From contig CAMMZC010000004.1 of assembly GCA_946529215.1 (NCBI GenBank), positions 1,618-65,617 of the forward strand: a DNA stretch of 64,000 nt, in the 5' to 3' direction. Of this stretch, positions 48,401 to 56,863 are shown piece by piece. The stretch comes from an uncultured Clostridia bacterium (GTDB lineage Bacteria; Bacillota; Clostridia; TANB77; CAG-508). The number at the start of each line of letters is the position of its first letter. The first letter of the stretch is position 1. The translations under genes were made by a program, and so were the position numbers. The notes under the pieces are model-generated. The model saw nothing but the letters and a program-made list of their open reading frames with translations. It was not told the DNA's origin and ran no database searches.

Positions 48401-50340
48401 GAAAATACGTTCCTCATCATGTGGTTATGCTTAACTTCCCAGAGGGCGAAATAGATAGTTTTATTAGCAATAGCAAAAGATGGTCACAACTAATGAGAAT
48501 AGATAACTATAGTTTGAATGATGATGGAAAAGCGGCTATATTAAAAGCAGCATATGCTATGGGAGTATTTCAAGGCAATGATGATGGATTTAATAAAACT
48601 ATGAAATTATTTATCGATGTTCCTCAAGAATTAACACAAGAAGAATATAGAAAAGTGACATGTATGATTGTTAGAGAATTTGATCCATTTAGGTGGAGTG
48701 GAAATTATAGTGATCCACAGAAAAAAAATGAAGAAATGAAAAGCTTATTTGAACAAGCATATACTTTAAATGAAAATGGTAAATATGTCTTTAGTATGGA
48801 TAAGCAAAAGAATAAAGACCGTGTTAGAATGGTAAGAGAGATATTAGAAAAAGCACAAATACCAAGAATTTTAACACCAATAAAGGCACATCAAATGTTT
48901 GATTCTTTTGCAATGGAATATAATCCTGACTTTGTTAGATTTTTTAACGAAAATGTTGAAGAAATTTTATCTAATCCAGAATATACAAAAAATATTGCAA
49001 CAATACAAAGACAATTTAAAGATATTGTGAGAACAAATGCTGGTAGAAGATTAACTCTTGATGTAGCACTAGATTATATTAAAAGTATTGTATATACAGA
49101 TATTGAAGTTGGAAATGAGGGAGTTGCAGAGCAAGCAAAAATTGCTGGATATTCTCAAAAAGATTTTGAAACAATACAAAGTCTATTTAATGAAGGCGAA
49201 GTAAGAGATTTTTCAAGTATTCCAAGAATACAAGGAAGTACAAAAGGATACACTTATGAAATGCTTAGATGTGATGATCCATTAGCATTAACAATTGGAA
49301 CTCTTACAGATTGTTGCCAAGAAATACATGGAGCTGGACAAACAAGTATGGAACATAGTGTTGTATCTCCAGATGGAAGAGTATTTGTTGTAAGAGATGC
49401 AGAAGGAAGATTAGTTGCACAAAGCTGGTTCTGGAGAAATCAATATACAGGCTGTTTTGATAATATTGAAATACCTCATAGAATATTTGAAATATATGAA
49501 AAAGAGCATCCAGATGTTGGTAGAAAAGGATTAACTACTGATGTATTAGAAGTTTATAAAAAAGCAGCTCAAGACTTAATGCAAGAAGATGCAATAGTAT
49601 ATCAAGAATTATTGGAAAATGGAATTATAACTCAAGAACAATATGATGCATTATTATTAGGAAAAGTGACAATTGGATTAGGTTATAATGATATTGCAGA
49701 TGCTATTAGAACTGATAAAACAATACATCAAGAAACAGATAAGGTTGGAGTAAAAGCTACAGATAGGTTACCACATCCATATACAGATGCGAGTACACAA
49801 TATACAATTGCAGAAAGAGAAGGTATAGTAAAGTCAGAATATGAAAATTTATATGTTCATCAAGATGATATACCTGTGTATGATGGAACAAATATGTCTA
49901 ATACAGTACTACTAACAATGAAGAGAATGGAACAGGGGACAGACAGAGATAATTTAGCGTATTTAGGTGAAAGAAGTGATGAAAAAAACTTACCAAAATC
50001 ACAAAGAATTATCAATAGCATAGCTAGAGAATATGGACTAGATCCAAATGATACACGAGTAATGGCTACTGCAAGAATAGCTCTTATATATAGTAAAGAC
50101 AAAGATAATAATGTAATAATTAGTGATTTATTATTTTCACCATTGAAAAAAGGATTAACTGAAGAACAAAAACAAAAAGTTACAGCACATATAATGCATC
50201 AAGTAAAAAAGGCATTAAAACAAATAGGTGTACAAGATTCTAAAGTTGATATATCATCATTAAGTGAAGAACAGAGGCAGATGCTACAATCTGTTATGCA
50301 AGAAATAGAAAAAGAAAATGATGAAAGAGGTGAAAGATAA
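45418..50340 (+). CDS. Very large (~1640 aa) cytoplasmic protein with internal ~300-aa repeats and a Cys/His-containing C-terminal core; function unknown
   Basis: ATG 45418 follows the RBS aaaggatg. Repeated units contain F(L/I)PxExPE(D/E)xKxxFYxGxL(S/T)xxDIRxNPxL...L(Q)GKDLSRAF; KDLSRAF occurs twice, at DNA 47361 and 48232. The C-terminal region has ...YEMLRCDDPLALTIGTLTDCCQEIHGAGQTSMEHSVVSPDGRVFVVRDAEGRLVAQSWFWRN.... No signal peptide or TM segment. Confidence 0.6.
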   Translation: MEKLDLQTFRELKQEVIDMINKYKEADDRGEYLSDEEVQQFLTRYKEIIEILSEHDLSDIDFEEWRGMYIGTNDDFPIDFSKTKANLDFSIIEYEDFSDFDFPNFRGCQIKNFDFDKYKYSPEMFDEGFRKENEGRFLSENIPEDIRDRFYTGKLTLTDIRNNPELANKISEKNIDYELRYIYNFLGREEFCKLDEAFIDGTFGYSWKEVLEQNPDKKTANEIMPILYKAAREKIIGYRDVYPFNRFDYSQEQLGQKFKELNPDLFLPEETPDIIKERYYHHILSILEFSENLKYFEGKKISQAFVNGFSTEGIKLVSLYGDNLYQLFSKYKPIMDKIITTSIIRIIEIPNGPITEEQRTEIMKTIVKECFGGYNRIDGVEDWSMLKMVLDFVSLTDLVGADIRAQALLGKYNIDDLIEAGLEFNETYSEGKLVTNLEKLKKLSNIIQPEDMIHLCGLTKLILIEKYGIDKLIEYGIKDLDELSETINDLYKIKEMLEKRPIELINMGGNYSQQNRKFIEKYGIDNIIALDEETNGMFSHQLWHNDIFLSMMAIADSRTPEKENDKQLTYNQFRDRMYEILLHARDERGVLTSRDFQDYDFIQGKFREEHQEIFIDEDLPEDVKRAFYTRHMTAEMVMQNPELIQLLQGKDLSRAFPQNMTAGLALLQKDKEGNIIGGIPNTVNMAECLSQKLGQEEFLKICADYGKCLDEINLFIGDEKTPEEIKMLIEHTIYLDIKQRGIEYFEELPLSFQKKHPELFLPKEVDEELRSKFYAGKLSFEDIRKNPQLKDILRTKDVSVGFGRIKYVQPTLFRNVQRDVKPMWEILSEQEIMDFAEEYGRYLNDVDQSIFIEGQSKEEIKKALEANIEQNILDRKSLFAPSVPSFFKQIHPDMFLDSNAPDELKSVFYDASRIRNRIYGGEIDFQLIKYHPEWREFLQGKDLSRAFSSEYSELFKRFDSSTLMKLGTRNPETIEKMVQNHMEDVLEGWYKSTGGKYVPHHVVMLNFPEGEIDSFISNSKRWSQLMRIDNYSLNDDGKAAILKAAYAMGVFQGNDDGFNKTMKLFIDVPQELTQEEYRKVTCMIVREFDPFRWSGNYSDPQKKNEEMKSLFEQAYTLNENGKYVFSMDKQKNKDRVRMVREILEKAQIPRILTPIKAHQMFDSFAMEYNPDFVRFFNENVEEILSNPEYTKNIATIQRQFKDIVRTNAGRRLTLDVALDYIKSIVYTDIEVGNEGVAEQAKIAGYSQKDFETIQSLFNEGEVRDFSSIPRIQGSTKGYTYEMLRCDDPLALTIGTLTDCCQEIHGAGQTSMEHSVVSPDGRVFVVRDAEGRLVAQSWFWRNQYTGCFDNIEIPHRIFEIYEKEHPDVGRKGLTTDVLEVYKKAAQDLMQEDAIVYQELLENGIITQEQYDALLLGKVTIGLGYNDIADAIRTDKTIHQETDKVGVKATDRLPHPYTDASTQYTIAEREGIVKSEYENLYVHQDDIPVYDGTNMSNTVLLTMKRMEQGTDRDNLAYLGERSDEKNLPKSQRIINSIAREYGLDPNDTRVMATARIALIYSKDKDNNVIISDLLFSPLKKGLTEEQKQKVTAHIMHQVKKALKQIGVQDSKVDISSLSEEQRQMLQSVMQEIEKENDERGER

Positions 50341-50341
50341 T

Positions 50342-51637
50342 ATGGATAATATAAGAGAAATATTAGGAAATGCAACAATGGCTTATACTAATATGGAGGC
50401 AAATATAGATGGGAAAAAGGTAGCTCAAAATATATTTGAATTATTAGATGAAAATAAGGAAGGTATTGAAAAAGCAAATAAAATAGATGTAAAAAATAAT
50501 AATGGATTTAAAATAAACTTTGATATGTTTCAAAAACTAGATAATGAAATTAATGATACCCAAGATGTTTATAGAAAAGTTTTATCTATGAAAAAAAATG
50601 AAAATAATTATTTAGAAGGAAAGCAAACAGATAATTTAGGAACTATTTGTCTTGTTTATGATGGAAATACATATTGCTTATTAGAATTAGTTTTAAAAGC
50701 AATATTGACACATAATAGCATAATTATTACAAGTGAATCTGACTATATGAAAGCTACAAATGAACTAATAGTAATTTTAATTCAAAGAATATTAGAGGCA
50801 TATAGCATAGATAAAAACTTAGTACAAATATTATATACAAGCAGATTAGAAGAACTTTTGTCAAATAATACAAGCATAAATAAAGTAATTGCTATTGGAA
50901 ATAGAAATTTTCAAAACAAAATAAGAAAAATTTCAAAAGTAGAAGTTATTTGCAAGGGATACAACAACTTTGATTTATACATAGAGGATTTGACAAATTT
51001 AAGTTTTATAAAAAATATAATAAAAGAAGAGGAAAATATAGATATATATGTAAAGAGTGGCTTAAAAGTTCCTTTTGAAGACTATATTGAAGTAGAAGAT
51101 ATTGATGAGGCAATAGCACAAATAAATTTTAATACATCAGGCTATAGTAGTAGCATATTTACAGATAATAATCAGAACGCATCTGAATTTTTAAGAGAAG
51201 TTAAAACAAAGAACGTATCTGTTAATAGTAGTCCACTAATCAAAGGGAGTGTGGATTTAGATATTAATTTACTTCTAACAAGAAAAAATATGTTTTATCC
51301 AAATCCATTGACTGAGGGTACAGAAAAAAGTAAGTTTGAGTTTCCAACAGCAAAAGCTATTCTTGAAAAAAATAAAAGTAAAGAAGAAAAAATGAGGATA
51401 GAAGAAATGCAAAAAGAAAACACAAAATTAATAGAAAATAGTGAATATATACAGAAACAGTCAAAAATACAATTGGATAAAAAAGAAATGGAAGTAAAGG
51501 AATTACAAAGACAATTATCAGAATCTCAAAACCTAGCAAATAAGTATATGAACATTTTTAGAAAATCATTTTTTAGTAGATTATTTGGTAGATTAAAAAA
51601 AGAAGAAATTGAGAATGACACAAAATTGCTTTCGTAG
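50342..51637 (+). CDS. Degenerate ProA-like (gamma-glutamyl-phosphate reductase / ALDH-fold) protein with a C-terminal coiled-coil extension; likely non-catalytic
   Basis: It is translationally coupled to the upstream giant gene (the track ORF start at 50318 overlaps its stop; ATG 50342). The N-terminal ...EGIEKANKIDVKNNNGFKINFDMFQKL..., the core LGTICLVYDGNTYCLLELVLKAILTHNSIIITSESD and the region IDEAIAQINFNTSGYSSSIFTDNNQNASEFLREVKTKNVSVNSSP run parallel to ProA ILNANAQDV...[48 protein letters not shown] and [45 protein letters not shown]. The segment around the catalytic Cys is missing or shortened. The last ~90 aa are heptad-like (EEKMRIEEMQKENTKLIEN...KELQRQLSESQNLANKY). Confidence 0.55.
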   Translation: MDNIREILGNATMAYTNMEANIDGKKVAQNIFELLDENKEGIEKANKIDVKNNNGFKINFDMFQKLDNEINDTQDVYRKVLSMKKNENNYLEGKQTDNLGTICLVYDGNTYCLLELVLKAILTHNSIIITSESDYMKATNELIVILIQRILEAYSIDKNLVQILYTSRLEELLSNNTSINKVIAIGNRNFQNKIRKISKVEVICKGYNNFDLYIEDLTNLSFIKNIIKEEENIDIYVKSGLKVPFEDYIEVEDIDEAIAQINFNTSGYSSSIFTDNNQNASEFLREVKTKNVSVNSSPLIKGSVDLDINLLLTRKNMFYPNPLTEGTEKSKFEFPTAKAILEKNKSKEEKMRIEEMQKENTKLIENSEYIQKQSKIQLDKKEMEVKELQRQLSESQNLANKYMNIFRKSFFSRLFGRLKKEEIENDTKLLS

Positions 51638-52106
51638 CAAGTGTGTTGATAATAGGAACTGATTTTATTTTGATAGTGCGATTAGTGAAATTTTGATATT
51701 CAATGGTACCAGTTCTTTACCAGTACGTTTTGTCGAAAAATGTAGAATAATGTTGATAAAAAGTTTATTTTTAGTTAGATTTTTTATTGACATTATTCTT
51801 TTTTTATGTTAATATATGTATATGTTAGTTTTTATAGCCTAAAAAAATATAGCTATGAATTATAAAGTTTATATGCAATAAATGTTTTAAATATTGCAGA
51901 TCGTTTTTTTAAAAATATTTAATATCATTAATTGAATTTTTATGGGGAAGTTTAATTCGATTTTTGTATTCAATAGATTAATGTTTAAAGGGGCAGAATG
52001 TTTTTCTAATATCAAGCAAAAATTTTGGAAAGGTAGGTGTAATTAATAATATAAGTAATAATTATATATTTATAGCAGAATTAAAATAGAGAAAGAAGAA
52101 ATAAAA

Positions 52107-52858
52107 ATGGATTTAGAAATTATTAATAACACCTCAGATATTATAAAATGTCAAAACACAGATGATGTATTAAAAGATGTATGCTATATTATAGACTCAG
52201 AGAACAATATGCACATCGTTCAGTAAATATTGCATTAGTTCAAAGAAATTGGTTTATTGGATATAGAATTGCAGAAGAAGAATTAAAGGGAAAAGATAGA
52301 GCAGATTATGGAGAAAAAATAATAAAAAAATTATCAAAAGAATTAACAAAAAAATATGGAAAAGGCTTTGATAGAAGACAATTATATTATTGTTTAAAGT
52401 TTTACAAAACTTTTCCTGAAATTGTGAACGCAGTGAGTTCACAATTTAAAAGATTATTATCATGGACACATTACAGAATTCTATTACAAGTTTTTGATAA
52501 AGAAGCAAGAGATTGGTATGAAAAAGAAGCTTTAAAAGAAAGCTGGGGAACAAGAACATTACAACGAAATATTGATACGCAGTATTACTATAGACTTCTA
52601 AAGTCACAAGCAAAAGAACCTGTAATAAAAGAAATGCAAGAAAACACAAAAGAATTTGAATTAGAAAAGAAATTAGAATTTATAAAAAGTCCTGTAATAG
52701 CAGAATTTTTAGGATATTCATTAGACAGTAAAGTAAATGAAACAGAACTAGAAAAAAGTATAATAAATAATTTACAAAAGTTTATGATGGAATTAGGAAA
52801 GGGATATGCTTTTGTTGCAAGACAACAACAGTTAAAAAAAAGCAATCACAAATTGTGA
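52107..52858 (+). pseudogene. DUF1016/YhcG-family (PD-(D/E)xK nuclease) gene remnant with an N-terminal frameshift and a C-terminal truncation
   Basis: The 52181 frame gives ...REQYAHRSVNIALVQRNWFIGYRIAEEELKGKDRADYGEKIIKKLSKELTKKYGKGFDRRQLYYCLKFYKTFPE, matching the YhcG N-terminal domain (ARQQAARAVNSELVQLYWNIG...RADYG...GRGFSKRNL). The first ~25 codons lie in another frame (52107: MDLEIINNTSDIIKCQNTDDVLKDVCYIIDS). The ORF stops at ~225 aa, before the nuclease domain. Confidence 0.55.
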
Positions 52859-52893
52859 CCGCATATCAAAATAAAAAGAAAGGAGAAAATTAT

Positions 52894-53757
52894 ATGGAAA
52901 ATAATAAATTAGAAACAATAACAAAGTTATTTGAAGGAAAAGAGATAAGAAGTGTATGGGATGCTGAAAAGGAAGAGTATTTTTTTAGTGTAGTAGATGT
53001 AATAAGTGCACTAACTAATAGTACTGAACCAAGAAAATATTGGTCAGTTTTAAAAAGTCGATTAAAAAAAGAGGGCAGTGAAGTGACAACAAATTGTAGT
53101 CAGTTGAAAATGTTAGCTCCAGATGGAAAAATGCGTTTAAGAGATGCGATGTCAACTCGTGATATTTTTAGACTTATTGAATCTGTACCAAGTAGCAAAG
53201 CTGAGCCTTTCAAACTATGGCTAGCGCAAATGGGAAGTGAAAGAATTGATGAAGTTTTTGACCCAGAAATAGCAATAAAAAGAGCAGTAAATTATTACAG
53301 AAATAGAGGATATAGTGATAAGTGGATAGAAGCAAGACTAAAAGGAATACTAACAAGAAATAAACTAACAGATGTATGGAAAGAAAACGGAATAGAAAAA
53401 GATTATGAATATGCAATACTTACAAATGAAATATATAAAAGTTGGTCAGGAATGAAAGCAAGTGAATACAAAAAGTATAAAAACATAAGAAAAGAATCTT
53501 TAAGAGATAATATGACTGATATAGAAGTTGCGCTAACTGATTTAGGTGAGATTGCTACGAGAGAATTAGCGAAAGAACATAAACCTTATGGGTTAGAACA
53601 GAACAAAAATATTGCGAAAATGGGAGGACATGCTGCAAAAGTTGCAAGAGATGATTTAGAAAAGAACTTAGGAAAATCAGTTATAAGTCATAAAAATGCT
53701 TTGGATTATCAATATGAAAAGACAAAGGAGTTAAATGAAGGGGAAAATCACCACTAG
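52894..53757 (+). CDS. DinD-like / Bro-N-domain DNA-damage-inducible-type protein
   Basis: ATG 52894 follows the RBS aaaggagaaaa (MENNKLETITKLFEGKEIRSVWDAEKEEYFFSVVDVISALTNS...). This resembles the Bro-N/DinD N-terminus (F..ir.v..g.ewfsa.Dva.aLg). The track ORF starts at 52855, overlapping the yhcG remnant. Confidence 0.45.
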   Translation: MENNKLETITKLFEGKEIRSVWDAEKEEYFFSVVDVISALTNSTEPRKYWSVLKSRLKKEGSEVTTNCSQLKMLAPDGKMRLRDAMSTRDIFRLIESVPSSKAEPFKLWLAQMGSERIDEVFDPEIAIKRAVNYYRNRGYSDKWIEARLKGILTRNKLTDVWKENGIEKDYEYAILTNEIYKSWSGMKASEYKKYKNIRKESLRDNMTDIEVALTDLGEIATRELAKEHKPYGLEQNKNIAKMGGHAAKVARDDLEKNLGKSVISHKNALDYQYEKTKELNEGENHH

Positions 53758-53816
53758 ACAACATTAAAAAAAAGTGATAAAATTCTTAAAAATAGAAAAA
53801 CAACAAGGAGGAAATT

Positions 53817-56072
53817 TTGGAACTAGAAGGAGAAGTTACATCAATAATATATCAAAATGAAGTAAATAGCTACACAATTGCTGAGATGTATGTAGATGAA
53901 ATAGATGGAAAAGAAGACAATTTGATAACAATTGTAGGGTATTTGCCTTTTGTAGTTGAGGGAGATGAGCTTAAAGTTACAGGCAAATTTGTTGAGCATA
54001 AAGAATATGGAAGACAGTTTAAAGTAGATACTTTTGAAAAGCTTATGCCACAGACTTTAGAGGCGTTAGAAAGATATCTTGGAAATGGAATGATAAAAGG
54101 TGTAGGACCTGCAACTGCAAGAAAAATTGTAGAAAAATTTGGAGATGAAACAATTAGCACAATTAAATTTCAACCTTTAAAGCTTTCACAAATAAAAGGA
54201 ATTACGAGAGAAAAGTCGTTAGAAATTTCTGAAAGTTTTATAGAACATTGGGAAGTTTGGCAAATAGTTGGATTTTTAGAGAGGTTTGGAATAGGTGCGG
54301 AAAATTCCAAAAGAGTCTACGACGAGCTTGGCACAAATGCAATTGAGCAAATTGAAGCAAATCCATACATTTTAATAGATATTGCAAGAGGCGTAGATTT
54401 TAAGCAAGTTGATAAAATGGCAATGGATTTAGGTATAGAAGAAAATAATGATAAAAGAGTTAAAAGTGCTATAAAATATGCTCTTATAAGAATTACTTAT
54501 AACGGACATTGTTGCACACTTGAAGAAAATTTAATAGAGTATGTAAGAAGCTTGTTAGGAATTAATCTAGAAGATATTGAAAATAGTTACATTAACCTTA
54601 AAGCTACAGGAGAGATTGTTGAAGAAGAACGTGAAAATGGCGAAATATGGGTGTATTTGGCAAACTTTTTTGACACAGAAAATGCAATAGCAAATAAAAT
54701 TATAGATTTAAGTAATGCTCAAAACACCAAATATATTAAAAATATTAAAAAAGAACTTGGTAAAATTGAGATTATAGATGATATTGAGCTTTCAGAAAAA
54801 CAAAAAGAAGCAATAGAAGCTGTAAATGACAATAATGTAAGTATTATAACAGGAGGGCCAGGTACTGGAAAAACAACAATTATAAAATCTATTATTCATA
54901 TTTACGAGTCAAAAGGCAAAAAGATCGTTTTAGCGGCTCCAACAGGAAGAGCTGCAAAAAGAATTACAGAAACTACAGGAGAAGAGGCAAGCACACTTCA
55001 TAGACTTTTAGAAATTGGTAAATTTGATGATAATATTTTTTTGAAAAAACAACAAGAATATCAAGGAACTCCAATAGATGCAGATGTTGTAATAGTTGAT
55101 GAAGTTTCAATGGTAGATATGTTTTTGATGAATTATCTTGTAAGTTCTTTATATAAAGGGACAAAACTAGTTTTGGTAGGAGATAGTGACCAACTTCCAT
55201 CTGTAGGACCAGGCAGTGTTTTGAAAGATTTAATTGAATCAGAAGTTATAACAACAATTCATTTGGACAAAGTTTTTAGACAAGCTGCAAAAAGTCAGAT
55301 AGTTGTAAATGCACATAGGGTAAATGAGGGAGAATATTTCTTGCCAAAAGAAGAGTTAGAAGAAGATTCTAAACATGATTTTTTTGTTATAAATGAAAAA
55401 AATCAAGAAAAAATACTATATCAAGTTTTATCTTTATGTACAGGAAGACTTCAAAATTATGGAGATTACGATTTTTTCAAAAATATTCAAATACTTACAC
55501 CTACCAAAAAAGGAATGCTTGGAACAAAAGAACTAAATGCATATTTGCAAAATGCATTAAATCCTGAAGATAAATTTAAAGATGAAAAACGTGCAAATGG
55601 AGCAATTTACAGAGTTGGCGACAGAATAATGCAAGTTAAAAACAATTATGATATAACTTGGGAAAAAGAAAATCCTTCAAAAGAAGATGGCATAGAATAT
55701 GGAACAGGCGTGTTTAATGGAGAAATTGGAACTATTGTAGAAATAGATGAAAGAGAAAAAAGTGTTACTATAAAATTTGATGACGAAAAGGTAGCTATTT
55801 ATGCATACACAGATTTAGAACAAATAGAACATAGTTATGCTATAACTATCCACAAAGCACAAGGAAGTGAGTTTGATGTTGTTATAATGTGTGTTCCAAG
55901 AACTGCTCCAGTGCTTCTTACAAGAAATTTGCTATATACAGGAATTACAAGAGCAAAAGAACTTTTAATTATTGTGGGAGATAAAAATGTTACAGAATTT
56001 ATGATTAATAATGTGGATAGTAAGAAGAGAAACACAGGTTTAAAATATAAACTTATGCGATTAAAAAATTGA
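53817..56072 (+). CDS. recD2: ATP-dependent RecD-like DNA helicase (RecD2)
   Basis: TTG start after the RBS aaggagg. N-terminal RecD2-type OB/HhH region, Walker A (ITGGPGTGKTT), the DEVSMVD Walker B and C-terminal SF1B helicase motifs (QGSEFD, TRAKE). Length 751 aa. Confidence 0.85.
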   Translation: MELEGEVTSIIYQNEVNSYTIAEMYVDEIDGKEDNLITIVGYLPFVVEGDELKVTGKFVEHKEYGRQFKVDTFEKLMPQTLEALERYLGNGMIKGVGPATARKIVEKFGDETISTIKFQPLKLSQIKGITREKSLEISESFIEHWEVWQIVGFLERFGIGAENSKRVYDELGTNAIEQIEANPYILIDIARGVDFKQVDKMAMDLGIEENNDKRVKSAIKYALIRITYNGHCCTLEENLIEYVRSLLGINLEDIENSYINLKATGEIVEEERENGEIWVYLANFFDTENAIANKIIDLSNAQNTKYIKNIKKELGKIEIIDDIELSEKQKEAIEAVNDNNVSIITGGPGTGKTTIIKSIIHIYESKGKKIVLAAPTGRAAKRITETTGEEASTLHRLLEIGKFDDNIFLKKQQEYQGTPIDADVVIVDEVSMVDMFLMNYLVSSLYKGTKLVLVGDSDQLPSVGPGSVLKDLIESEVITTIHLDKVFRQAAKSQIVVNAHRVNEGEYFLPKEELEEDSKHDFFVINEKNQEKILYQVLSLCTGRLQNYGDYDFFKNIQILTPTKKGMLGTKELNAYLQNALNPEDKFKDEKRANGAIYRVGDRIMQVKNNYDITWEKENPSKEDGIEYGTGVFNGEIGTIVEIDEREKSVTIKFDDEKVAIYAYTDLEQIEHSYAITIHKAQGSEFDVVIMCVPRTAPVLLTRNLLYTGITRAKELLIIVGDKNVTEFMINNVDSKKRNTGLKYKLMRLKN

Positions 56073-56170
56073 TTAATATATGAAATTTTTCAATTTATAT
56101 ATTAATCAAAAAAGTTTATAAGGGAGGAAACTATATAATTAGCAAAATATTAGACATAATTTATCCACCT

Positions 56171-56782
56171 GTGTGTGGATTTTGTGGAAAACTAGATAAA
56201 AATTCTTTATGTAATAAGTGTAAAATTAGAATACAAAAAAATGCTATTTACAAAATAGAAGATTACAGAGAAACAACAAGTTTTTTTGATGAACATTTAT
56301 ATTTATTTCAATATGATGGGGAAATAAGAGATGCAATTTTGAATTTTAAATTTAATGAGCAAACTTACATTTATAAGTCTTTTTTAGAATTTTTAAAAAA
56401 TAATGAAAAAATTTGTACACAAATAAAAAAATATGATATAATTATGCCTATACCGATAAGCAAAAAAAGATATAAGCAAAGAGGATATAACCAAAGTGCA
56501 TTAATTGCAAGAAATTTGACTAAAATACTAAATGTTGATTATAAAGAAAATGTTTTGGTTAAAATAAAGAATAATAAACCACAAAGTGAGTTAGGACAAT
56601 TTGAAAGAAGTACAAATGTTAAAGGTGTATATAAGCTTAAAGAGACAGGAAAGATAAATAAAAAAAAGATCTTATTAATAGATGATATTTTTACAACAGG
56701 AAGTACAGCAAACGAATGCGCAAAAGTTTTAAAAGAACATAATGCAAATGATGTGGGGATTTTTACTTTAGCTAAGGACTAA
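56171..56782 (+). CDS. comFC: ComF family protein (ComFC-type phosphoribosyltransferase-domain competence protein); the true start probably lies upstream at about 56135 with a non-ATG codon
   Basis: N-terminal Cys pairs (CGFCGK...CNKC) and a C-terminal PRTase motif (LLIDDIFTTGSTANE). The reading frame stays open upstream through ISKILDIIYPP, and the RBS gggagg lies at 56122-27. Confidence 0.7.
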   Translation: MCGFCGKLDKNSLCNKCKIRIQKNAIYKIEDYRETTSFFDEHLYLFQYDGEIRDAILNFKFNEQTYIYKSFLEFLKNNEKICTQIKKYDIIMPIPISKKRYKQRGYNQSALIARNLTKILNVDYKENVLVKIKNNKPQSELGQFERSTNVKGVYKLKETGKINKKKILLIDDIFTTGSTANECAKVLKEHNANDVGIFTLAKD

Positions 56783-56863
56783 TATATCTTGGGTTATATT
56801 TTGAGTTAAAAATATATTAATAATTGCAAACAAAAAAAGTGCTAGATTAAAGGAGAGAAGCTT

